From an uncultured bacterium (GTDB lineage Bacteria; Chloroflexota; UBA5177; JANWHV01): 64,000 nt of DNA. The position numbers and the translations under genes were made by a program. Within the stretch, counting starts at the first letter, position 1; the number at the start of each line of letters is the position of its first letter. A model generated the notes under the pieces. That model did no database searches, had not been told where the DNA came from, and saw only the letters and a list, made by a program, of their open reading frames with translations. The stretch spans positions 448,001 to 512,000 of the forward strand of contig CAVSOU010000008.1 of the NCBI GenBank assembly GCA_963729625.1. The letters are read 5' to 3'. Shown here one piece after another: positions 40,966 to 49,418 of this stretch.

Positions 40966-42303
40966 ATGATTAACACATCGATATTTAAGGCGTACGACGT
41001 TCGAGGCGTCTATCCGGACGAGCTCAGCGGCGAGGACGCGCACGCCATCGGCAGTGCTACCGTCGCCCACCTTGGCGCGACGCGTGTCGCCGTCGCCCGT
41101 GACATGCGCCGGTCGGGCCCGGAGCTGGCGGCGGAGCTCATTCACGGCATGGTGGAGCAAGGCGCCGAGGTGATCGATCTTGGCCTGTGTAGCACCGATG
41201 AGCTGTATTTTGCCGTTGGGAAGTTCGGTTATCAGGCAGGTGTCATGGTCTCCGCCTCACACAACCCTGCCAAGTACAACGGATTCAAATTCTGCCGCGA
41301 AAACGCCATATCCATCAGCTCCGAGACAGGGCTGGACGCAATTCGCGACCTGGCATTGAAAGGCCCCCTGCCGCCGAAGCCCAACCAGGGATCTGTGCAC
41401 ACGCGTGACGTCCTGGCGGACTTCGCGCAGCATGTGCTGAGTTTCATCGACCGATCGGCTATCCGGCCGCTTCGCCTGTGTATTGACGCGGGCAACGGCA
41501 TGGGGGGGTTGATCGTGCCCGAGGTGTTCAAGTACCTGCCGTGCGAGGTCACGCCGCTCTTCTTCGACCTGGATGGAAGCTTCCCCAACCACCAGGCGAG
41601 CCCGATCGAGCCCGAGAACATGGTGGACGTGCAGCGCGCCGTGCGTGAGACGCATGCCGACCTGGGCGTGGCCTTCGACGGCGATGCCGACCGCATGTTC
41701 ATTACCGACGAGCAAGGCGAGCTTGTGGGCGGCGATATGGTAACGGCCCTGGTGGCCAAGGCCCTGCTGGCTCGAAACCCGGGGGCTACCATTCTGTATA
41801 ATCTCATCTGCTCGCGCAGCGTGCCAGAGGTCATTACCGCCGCCGGCGGCAAGGCCATCAGGACACGCGTCGGCCACTCGTTCATCAAGGCGCAGATGCG
41901 CGAGACCAACGCCATTTTCGGCGGCGAGCATTCCGGCCACTTCTATTTCCGCGATAACTGGTTTGCCGATTCCGGCATGATCGCCCTGCTCACCGTTCTG
42001 GAGCTGGTCTCCCGTGAGGCCAAGCCCGTGAGCGAGTTGATCCGCGCCATCAGCACCCGGGTGCGCAGTGGCGAAATCAATTCCCGTGTCGACGACGTGG
42101 AGGGCCGGCTGAAGCTCGTCGCCGAGCATTTCGCGAGCGGCGAGCGAGATTGGCTCGACGGGCTGACCGTGCAGCATAAGGATTGGTGGTTCAACGTGCG
42201 GCCGTCGAACACCGAGCCGCTGTTGCGTCTCAACGTCGAAGGCGACACGCGGGCGGCGATGGAGAAAGGCCGCGACGACGTGCTGGCGGTCATACGGGGA
42301 TGA
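40966..42303 (+). CDS. Phosphomannomutase/phosphoglucomutase
   Basis: FKAYDVRG, SASHNP, FDGDADR, GGEHSGH and RPSNTEP. Confidence 0.95.
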   Translation: MINTSIFKAYDVRGVYPDELSGEDAHAIGSATVAHLGATRVAVARDMRRSGPELAAELIHGMVEQGAEVIDLGLCSTDELYFAVGKFGYQAGVMVSASHNPAKYNGFKFCRENAISISSETGLDAIRDLALKGPLPPKPNQGSVHTRDVLADFAQHVLSFIDRSAIRPLRLCIDAGNGMGGLIVPEVFKYLPCEVTPLFFDLDGSFPNHQASPIEPENMVDVQRAVRETHADLGVAFDGDADRMFITDEQGELVGGDMVTALVAKALLARNPGATILYNLICSRSVPEVITAAGGKAIRTRVGHSFIKAQMRETNAIFGGEHSGHFYFRDNWFADSGMIALLTVLELVSREAKPVSELIRAISTRVRSGEINSRVDDVEGRLKLVAEHFASGERDWLDGLTVQHKDWWFNVRPSNTEPLLRLNVEGDTRAAMEKGRDDVLAVIRG

Positions 42304-43481
42304 GCGGGCAGCCGGAAGCGTATCGCATCACCGTCATCGTGCTGGACGGCGTGGGCTGCGGCGAGGCGCCGGATGCCGCGGCCTACGGCGACGTAGGCGC
42401 GAACTCCATCGGTAATGCGGCGCGTGTTGCCGGAGGCATGCGACTGCCCAACCTCGGTCGCTTGGGCCTGGGGCATCTGACTGACATCCTCGGCGTGCCC
42501 GCCGACCCGTCGCCGGCCGGCGTGTATGGCCGGCTGCAGGAGGCCTCGGCCGGCAAAGACACGGTCACCGGTCACTGGGAATTGATGGGCGTAATCAGCG
42601 ACAAGCCGCAGCCGACGTATCTGCGCGGCTTCCCGCCGGATGTGATTGCGACGTTCGAACGCATCGCGGGCCGGGCCGCGCTGGGCAATAAGGCAGCCTC
42701 GGGCACGGAGATCATTCAGGAGCTGGGCGACGAGCATGTACGCACCGGAAAGCCCATTGTCTACACGTCTTCCGATAGCGTGTTTCAGATCGCTGCTCAC
42801 GAGGATGTCGTTCCTTTGCCGGAGCTGTATCGCATTTGCGCCGAGATGCGCGCGGCCCTTACCGGCCGCCATGCGATGGGCAGGGTGATCGCCCGGCCAT
42901 TTGTCGGCAGCAGCGGCGCCTACGCTCGAGACAACGAGGCGCGTCATGACTGGGCGCTGCGTGCGCCGCAAGACACCGCGCTTGACATCATAGTCGAGGC
43001 CGGCATGCCGGTGCGCGGCGTGGGCAAAATACAGGACATCTTCGCCGGGCGGGGTATCACCTCCAACCAGCACGCGCTGAACAATGCCGGAGCCACCGCG
43101 GAGACGCTGGCCCTGATGCGGCAACCGGAGCATGGCATGATCTTCACGAACCTGATCGAGTTCGACATGGTCTATGGCCATCGCAAGAACTCCCTGGGGT
43201 ACGCGGATGCCCTGGCCGCTTTCGACGCCGCGCTTCCCGAGATTCTGGCGCTGTTGGGACCGCGCGACGCCCTGTTCATCACGGGCGACCACGGCGTCGA
43301 TCCGACCACGCCGGGCACCGATCACACGCGCGAATTCGTGCCCCTGCTGGCCTGCGGCTACCGACTGCCGGCCGGTACGAACATCGGCACTCGCAAGACG
43401 TTCGCCGATCTGGGAGCGACGATCATCGATCTCTTCGGCCTGCCGCCGTTGCATACGGGCGCTAGCTTCGCCGCGCCGTAG
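42300..43481 (+). CDS. deoB: Phosphopentomutase
   Basis: LDGVGCG, GKDTVTGHWE, YTSSDSVFQIAAHE, RVIARPF, YGHR, DHG.DPT and DHTRE. Confidence 0.95.
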   Translation: MSGQPEAYRITVIVLDGVGCGEAPDAAAYGDVGANSIGNAARVAGGMRLPNLGRLGLGHLTDILGVPADPSPAGVYGRLQEASAGKDTVTGHWELMGVISDKPQPTYLRGFPPDVIATFERIAGRAALGNKAASGTEIIQELGDEHVRTGKPIVYTSSDSVFQIAAHEDVVPLPELYRICAEMRAALTGRHAMGRVIARPFVGSSGAYARDNEARHDWALRAPQDTALDIIVEAGMPVRGVGKIQDIFAGRGITSNQHALNNAGATAETLALMRQPEHGMIFTNLIEFDMVYGHRKNSLGYADALAAFDAALPEILALLGPRDALFITGDHGVDPTTPGTDHTREFVPLLACGYRLPAGTNIGTRKTFADLGATIIDLFGLPPLHTGASFAAP

Positions 43482-43746
43482 TTGGTGCATCCGGCACGTT
43501 CGCGCCACATGCGCGACTCCGGCGTTGCTGAGAGTCAGGTAGCACCGCGACAAAACGGGCGATTCCCCCTTGCCACTCGCGCGATCCTGAGCCCGATCCT
43601 TTGCCCGTAGTCCCATTGTCATGCGCCGTGGCCTGAAGCTACATACCGAGCGGCTACCGAACATCTACCGAAAGGGGTCCTGCGAGCGCCCACGGTACGA
43701 TGGGAATATGGTTACACCGTGGCCCTCCTCGCCGATGCCCCGCACC

Positions 43747-43830
43747 TCAGCCCCGCCCAGCGCGCCGGAGCGCGTTTGCCTGCGCGCGGACCATCTCGAG
43801 TACCTGCTGCTTGCTAGCCGGTGACAGCAT
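43747..43830 (-). CDS. Candidate 27-aa small protein (MLSPASKQQVLEMVRAQANALRRAGRG)
   Basis: Strong SD GAAGGGAG 7 nt before the ATG; helical-looking sequence; no homology recognised. Confidence 0.3.
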   Translation of the reverse strand: MLSPASKQQVLEMVRAQANALRRAGRG

Positions 43831-43891
43831 GTGTCGTCTCCCTTCAAGGCAACAAATAGGCGGAACGGCGAGCTTCCATGCCCGAGACGCG

Positions 43892-44551
43892 TCATGTGTT
43901 GAGCGTGACGAAATAGCGATGCGGCCAGAAGACGCCGGAAGGAAGCGACTGCACGGGAACGATGGCGCCGAAATCTGGGGAAGCCGGATCGAGATCGAGG
44001 CGTTCAATCAGCCGAACAAGGCCGGTAACAGGGAAGTCGGGCGCATGGTCGTCCAGCAGCGGAAAACTGCTCGTATCGCCGACTGCAAAGGCAGCTTCCT
44101 GCAGTTCCAGCACGCCGCTCAGCATGTCCTCCACATGCGGAGCGCGCGCTAGCCGCCACGCATCGACGCCAACCGGCGCAGTGGCCGGCGCCACGTCGAT
44201 GTGATCCCACCGCCTGACGGTCAGCACGAGGCAGATCGGCACACCGCACTCGAGCCGGATGACCGCTTGGTCTCGGCGTTCAGGGCCACTGCCGCGATGC
44301 ACACGCAACTCACCAATCGTGCCGCAAATGGCAGTGGAGAGAGCGGTAACGCGTCTTAACGCGGGAACCATTCCCGGCATGGCCAGGGCCAGGTCGGGGA
44401 GCAGTAAACGTCCACCATGCTGGGCAGGGCTGTGGTCCACGAATGCGTAGAGTTGCGCCCGCGCCGTCGCTCCGACCACCAGCGGCCAGGGACCAACTTC
44501 CTCCAGATAGCGGTCCGACAGTTCGAAGCAGACATCCACCGGCATGCACAT
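43892..44551 (-). CDS. Hypothetical protein
   Basis: Long ORF with protein-like composition; start uncertain. Confidence 0.4.
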   Translation of the reverse strand: MCMPVDVCFELSDRYLEEVGPWPLVVGATARAQLYAFVDHSPAQHGGRLLLPDLALAMPGMVPALRRVTALSTAICGTIGELRVHRGSGPERRDQAVIRLECGVPICLVLTVRRWDHIDVAPATAPVGVDAWRLARAPHVEDMLSGVLELQEAAFAVGDTSSFPLLDDHAPDFPVTGLVRLIERLDLDPASPDFGAIVPVQSLPSGVFWPHRYFVTLNT

Positions 44552-44621
44552 CCTTACTGCTGCGCGGGCCGTGCATCGCGCACGGCGCAACGGTGTCAGC
44601 ATAGAGGTCGCCTCACGACGG

Positions 44622-44996
44622 CTAGTTCGAGCTGGGCTGCGTCGACGTCCCGTTTGCTTCGGGCTCGGCAGTGAGCGTGACCCCACGCTGCTTGCCGATC
44701 TTCAGCACGCTCGCGGCGCCGCCGATACTCAGGATGCTGCCCGAGCCTCCAATACTCAGGATGCTGCCGGCGCTGCCGATCGAGAGAACGCTGCCCGCGC
44801 TGCCGATACTGAGCAGGCTGCCTGCACTGGCAATACTGAGCATGCTCCCAACACTGAGAAGGCTGTCGACACTCAGGAAGCTGAGAAGGCTGCCGAAGCT
44901 GGCAATGCACAGAAGACTGCGGCGGGAGGCGATGCCGCGACGCCCGTGTCGTCGGCCCATGTCGCTCTGCGCGGTGGAAGGCTGCGCGTCGTCCAT
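44622..44996 (-). CDS. Small protein with 9-residue SxLSIGSxG repeats
   Basis: About 8 repeats (SLLSIGSAG, SVLSIGSAG, SILSIGGSG...), synonymous variation at a 27-nt period; SD GAGGA. Confidence 0.7.
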   Translation of the reverse strand: MDDAQPSTAQSDMGRRHGRRGIASRRSLLCIASFGSLLSFLSVDSLLSVGSMLSIASAGSLLSIGSAGSVLSIGSAGSILSIGGSGSILSIGGAASVLKIGKQRGVTLTAEPEANGTSTQPSSN

Positions 44997-45132
44997 TACA
45001 GGTCCTCTCTGAACTGCTGAAGATCACAACGGTCCGGTTGAACACCAGTACCTATGAACATGACCACGTAGCCCGCGGATGATCCCGGTTCATACTCAGA
45101 GATTCAGCGACGTCGTGCGGGCGGGCGTTATC

Positions 45133-45783
45133 TCAGCCGCGGTAACGTATCTCGTAGGCGCACACATGCCCGGATGTGACCTGATGTGCCACGCGCACGA
45201 CGTCCGCTTCCGGCAAGGCCGCCTGGAGAAATCCCAGCTCGCTGGCGCACGCATAGCTATAACGATTCGCCACGCTCAGCACTGTGCAGTTGTGTTCGAT
45301 GATCATGAACACGTCGTCCGCGATTTGGCGAAATTCCGCCAAGCTGCCGTCGTCGTCGAGCTGTTGCGCAATCGCGCGTACCCGTGCGTCAAACGGCAGG
45401 CCCGCGGTACGTGCCTGGGCCTGCTGCAAGCGCCGCTGGCCTCGTCGCTCGAAGATCTTGCCCACAAGATCCGGATCCTCGTCGCCGACGTACTGGAGCA
45501 GCTCGTTGGTCAGCTCGGCGTAGGTGCGCGGAAAGAGCGCGTCACCGGCGGTCGTCAGGCTATAGAGATGCTTGGGACGCCCGGGGCCATCGCGCATCTC
45601 ACGATGGACGATCAGTCCATCGCGCTCCAGGGCCATCAGATGCTGGCGTGCGCCGCTCACGGTGATGTCCGCGGCCATGGCTATGGTCTCTGCCCGGGCT
45701 TCGCCCTGCCGTTTGAGATGGTTAAGAATAGCCCGTCGAGTTTCAGGAAGGCTTGAAAGACCAAAGCGAGCTAGCGCGTTCAT
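45133..45783 (-). CDS. SufR-like winged-HTH transcriptional regulator
   Basis: TRRAIL..LK, ARQHL..LERDGLI, GRPKHLYSLT, FPRTY; C-terminal HNC...C..E...C. Confidence 0.85.
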   Translation of the reverse strand: MNALARFGLSSLPETRRAILNHLKRQGEARAETIAMAADITVSGARQHLMALERDGLIVHREMRDGPGRPKHLYSLTTAGDALFPRTYAELTNELLQYVGDEDPDLVGKIFERRGQRRLQQAQARTAGLPFDARVRAIAQQLDDDGSLAEFRQIADDVFMIIEHNCTVLSVANRYSYACASELGFLQAALPEADVVRVAHQVTSGHVCAYEIRYRG

Positions 45784-45933
45784 ACGACACCCCATTTACA
45801 TCATATGGCCTTGTCGGCACGCACCGGAGCCCGCAAATGCGCCGGACCGGCCGGAGGTTCTGATTCTCCCTATTGTGCTGCTGGCAGCCTTGCGAATACA
45901 GAGTACACCATTGTTCGGCGGTTTGTTTGTAGA

Positions 45934-45955
45934 AATGTAGCAATATAGCCACATT
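45934..45955. promoter_or_regulatory. Candidate operator palindrome upstream of the SufR-like gene
   Basis: AATGTAGCAATATAGCCACATT, 18/22 self-complementary, in an AT-rich intergenic stretch. Confidence 0.35.
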
Positions 45956-46161
45956 GATGAGACCAAAATCGTACAACCTGGCTCATGTGCTGCTCTGCCC
46001 GGCGATCCTTGGTGCTCCCGCCAGTTTCGCGCCCACCGTTGGGACGTACACATACGGTGTTACTGGTCCGCAGGATCAACCGATCCACCCACGAAAGGCC
46101 AGCACGCGCCGTGGCCGGGTTGCGGCGCGACGAGCGGGCCACTCGGGTAGTATGGGCCGCG

Positions 46162-46992
46162 CTAAAGAGACGTGCTCAGCAGCATCGGCGCCGAAGGGGC
46201 GGTCAACGTGCGATCCATCGGCTCCAGCGTGATTTCCATCATCTTTGCATTATGTGGATCCATGCTCTTGTCCATGACAAACATGGCCAAGCCGCTCGCG
46301 TCCGGCTTCAGGGGCCCGTAGAATGTCCACAGGCCATCACGTTGAATCCAACAGGTGTAGCCCCTGTTGTCGGGCGGCTTACTCATGCCCGAAAGAATCA
46401 TCAACCCGCCACTGCCGTTCTTGGGCACGATCACTTCACCAATCATGCCCTGGCGTGTGGCGGGACCTTTCAACGGCATCGCCACGTGGGGCGAGACGAG
46501 CGCCTGTTCCAGCAAGTGTGATTGCTGGACGTTGTACCGATTCTTCATATCCGCGTACTGATGGTTCATGTTGATCCACGCGCCGGCAAAGAGTGCTGCG
46601 AGGAGCGTGGGGATAGCAACCGCCGCCGCCAGAATCCCGCGCATCATGGGCAAGCGACCAACCGTACCGCCCCGCGCAAAGCGCGATCGCGGCTCAAGCG
46701 GCCTCATGGCTGGTTCAATAGCCGGCGCCGCGCGTTCCGGTACGGCATCCCCGACAGAAGGCTGCATCTCCAGGGCAACACGGGCCAGAAACTGCGTGCG
46801 CAGGTCAGGCTTGGGCGCCACAGCAGCACAGTCCTGACCAAAGGTCGCGTGCAGACAGTCGGCCACGCTTGCTGCTTCCTGTCTGCAGCCGGCGCAGCGC
46901 GCCAAATGCGAGATGATCTCCACACGCTCAGACGGATCCAGCGCATCCATGCAATACGCGGCCAGCATTTCCACACAGTGTTTCTCGCTCAT
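46162..46992 (-). CDS. Anti-sigma factor (ZAS HxxxCxxC + TM + RskA-like domain)
   Basis: LAAYCMDAL, HLARCAGC, TM helix, YTCW and ITLEP...AP. Confidence 0.88.
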   Translation of the reverse strand: MSEKHCVEMLAAYCMDALDPSERVEIISHLARCAGCRQEAASVADCLHATFGQDCAAVAPKPDLRTQFLARVALEMQPSVGDAVPERAAPAIEPAMRPLEPRSRFARGGTVGRLPMMRGILAAAVAIPTLLAALFAGAWINMNHQYADMKNRYNVQQSHLLEQALVSPHVAMPLKGPATRQGMIGEVIVPKNGSGGLMILSGMSKPPDNRGYTCWIQRDGLWTFYGPLKPDASGLAMFVMDKSMDPHNAKMMEITLEPMDRTLTAPSAPMLLSTSL

Positions 46993-47570
46993 TCCGGCAC
47001 CTGGTCCAGATCGCGCAGGATCTCTCGTAGTTTCTGGGTGGCCAGTCGCATTCGCGTCTTCACGGTGCCGAGCGGGTCGCCAAGTTGCTCGGAAATCTCA
47101 GCCTGTGTCAACCCCGAATAGTACGCCAATTCCATAACACGACGTTGGGGTGGAGGCAACGCATCCAGCGCGTGGTGAATCTCAGCCCGTCGCACGCCCC
47201 TCACCACTTCCTCCTCAGGGCTGTCCGTATCCGTCGCCGCGACCTGGGCCAGTTGCTCCTCCGGATCCCCGGCTGTTCGTTGCGGCCTCACGCCACGGCG
47301 ACGCAGCTCGTCGACGGCAAGGTTCCGTGCAATGCCGAGTAACCAGCTCGATAGTCGGCCCAGTGAGGGCTGGTACGTTGCTGCCTGACGCCATGCGCGC
47401 AGAAACACCTCTTGAGCCAGTTCTTCCGTGCTCTCGCGATCGCCAAGCATACGCAGACCGAGTGAAAAGACGAGACTGCTGTAGCGATCGTAAAGCGCCG
47501 CGATTGCATGACCATCCCCGCGCCGGACTCCATCCATCAATGCCTCGTCCGGCGCCTCTTCATACTGCAC
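46989..47570 (-). CDS. ECF sigma-70 factor (SigK-like)
   Basis: ELAQEVFLRAW, WLLGIARN.AVD, LAYYSGLTQAEI and LGTVKTRMR. Confidence 0.95.
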   Translation of the reverse strand: MQYEEAPDEALMDGVRRGDGHAIAALYDRYSSLVFSLGLRMLGDRESTEELAQEVFLRAWRQAATYQPSLGRLSSWLLGIARNLAVDELRRRGVRPQRTAGDPEEQLAQVAATDTDSPEEEVVRGVRRAEIHHALDALPPPQRRVMELAYYSGLTQAEISEQLGDPLGTVKTRMRLATQKLREILRDLDQVPE

Positions 47571-47749
47571 GGATATCGACCTTACGGGCAGCGCCGGTTA
47601 GGCGGAGCCTGCCCACCCGCTACCTTAGTACTACGAAAGAATGCCGATTGTGGATTCAGCCGGACCGGTACCATAGTGGAGCTTGTACGCCGGCCTCTCC
47701 CGCTCATTATAGGCCGAAGCCGCTCAGTCGAGCGACCGCGATGTGGGTT

Positions 47750-48667
47750 ATGAATCACCCTGAATACACTGCACGCGACCCGTTAATCTGCCCATATTGC
47801 GCCGAACCGCTTGCCCGCGACGCGGGCGCTTTCCGTTGTGGACATGGCCACTCCTTCGACATTGCCCGCGACGGACACGCGCACCTGCGGAGAACTCGGA
47901 ACAGCGGGGACAGCGCGGAGATGCTGCGCGCGCGTCGAGCATTTCTCGATCGGGGCCACTATGCACCGCTGGCCACGACGGTATCGCGGGCAGTCGAGGG
48001 CTACCTCAGGAGTACGCCTGCGCCGGCAGCCGCTCCGCACCGGCACGCCGGCGGTGAATGGGAGACAGTCCATATCCTGGATTCCGGCTGTGGCGAGGGG
48101 TATTATCTGGAGCAGCTGCGGACGCATCTGGCGGATACCATGCCGGAGAAGCGATACCGCCTTTGGGGCGTCGACAGCTCGCCGGATGCAGCGCGCATGA
48201 CCGCCAGACGCTGCCGCGACGCCACCGTCGTGGTGGCAGACTGCAAAGATGCGCTTCCGTTCGCCACGGGCTCTCTCGACGTCCTTATCACCATCTTCGC
48301 GCCGCGAAATCCTGCCGAGTTCGCGCGCGTGCTCGTGCCGGGCGGCCTGCTGCTTATCGTGGTGCCCGATGACGATCACCTGGCCGAGGTGCGCGAGCGC
48401 GTACGCCTTATCGGCATCGAGGAGCAGAAGGTGCGGCACGTGCTCGGCAGTCTGACCGGCTTCTTCTCTACGCTCGAGGTGTCCGCGCTGAAGATCGCGC
48501 TCGAGCTCTCGCCAGAAGATCTGTCACACCTGGTCACGATGTCGCCCAGCCATCGTCACCAGCCCGAGCGCGGCCAGACGGCGCCGCGCCCGGAGGAGCG
48601 GTATCACGCCACCGGCTCGTTCAGGATTGTGAGCTGCCTGGCGAGCGTGGCGGTGGATTGCCGATAG
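47750..48667 (+). CDS. RlmA-like rRNA m1G methyltransferase
   Basis: CPYC...CGHGHSFDIARDG zinc finger, GDSAEM..ARRAFL, LDSGCGEGYY and FAPRN. Confidence 0.85.
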   Translation: MNHPEYTARDPLICPYCAEPLARDAGAFRCGHGHSFDIARDGHAHLRRTRNSGDSAEMLRARRAFLDRGHYAPLATTVSRAVEGYLRSTPAPAAAPHRHAGGEWETVHILDSGCGEGYYLEQLRTHLADTMPEKRYRLWGVDSSPDAARMTARRCRDATVVVADCKDALPFATGSLDVLITIFAPRNPAEFARVLVPGGLLLIVVPDDDHLAEVRERVRLIGIEEQKVRHVLGSLTGFFSTLEVSALKIALELSPEDLSHLVTMSPSHRHQPERGQTAPRPEERYHATGSFRIVSCLASVAVDCR

Positions 48668-49412
48668 TCACAGGAATACCTGCTTCCTGGAAGATGCCGG
48701 CGTTCGCATTGACCGCCCGCGCCTCGTCAAATGGCGGCTGGAACTCCAGGCCCAGCGGCGCATACTTCCCACCGGCAGCCCGGTTGTAGGACAAGAGATC
48801 GACGCGCTCCACGTTTGGCAGTATCCGCACGATAGCCGCGATTGCGCGCAGGTTCTCCTCCGAATCGGTCACGCCTGGCACTAACGGGACTCGGATCACG
48901 ACGGGAATTCCCAGCGTTGGCGTGAGGCGCAGGTTGCGCAGAATCCTCTCGTTGCTCACGCCCGTATAGCGGCGGTGCAACCCCGTATCGGCTAGCTTCA
49001 GGTCAAAGTAGATGAGGTTGCACCGCCGCGCCACCCGCGAGAAGCTCTGCGCCCCCGCGTATCCCGACGTGTCGAGCACGACGTGCATGCTCTGCAGCCG
49101 ATCGAGTACAGCTTCCAGAAAACGGGCCTGCGCAAGCGGTTCACCACCGGAGAACGTGACACCGCCCTCATTCCACGCCAGAATCTCGGCCTGACTATTC
49201 AGAAGCGCGGCGAGCTGCTCGTCGCTGTAGACGCGCCCGACCGTCCGCGTTCCCGTCGCCGTGCGCATCACCTGGGGCTTGTGGCTCATGCACTCGGGGT
49301 TATGGCACCACACGCACCGCAAGGGGCAGCCCTTCAGGAACACGGTGGTCCGGATACCCGGACCGTCGTGCACCGTGAACTCGCGAATGTCGGCGACCAT
49401 CCCGTGCGCCAT
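48621..49412 (-). CDS. Glycyl-radical enzyme activating protein (radical SAM)
   Basis: HDGPGIRTTVFLKGCPLRCVWCHNPE, GGVTFSGGEP and DTSG. Confidence 0.95.
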   Translation of the reverse strand: MAHGMVADIREFTVHDGPGIRTTVFLKGCPLRCVWCHNPECMSHKPQVMRTATGTRTVGRVYSDEQLAALLNSQAEILAWNEGGVTFSGGEPLAQARFLEAVLDRLQSMHVVLDTSGYAGAQSFSRVARRCNLIYFDLKLADTGLHRRYTGVSNERILRNLRLTPTLGIPVVIRVPLVPGVTDSEENLRAIAAIVRILPNVERVDLLSYNRAAGGKYAPLGLEFQPPFDEARAVNANAGIFQEAGIPVTIGNPPPRSPGSSQS

Positions 49413-49418
49413 CAGAGA

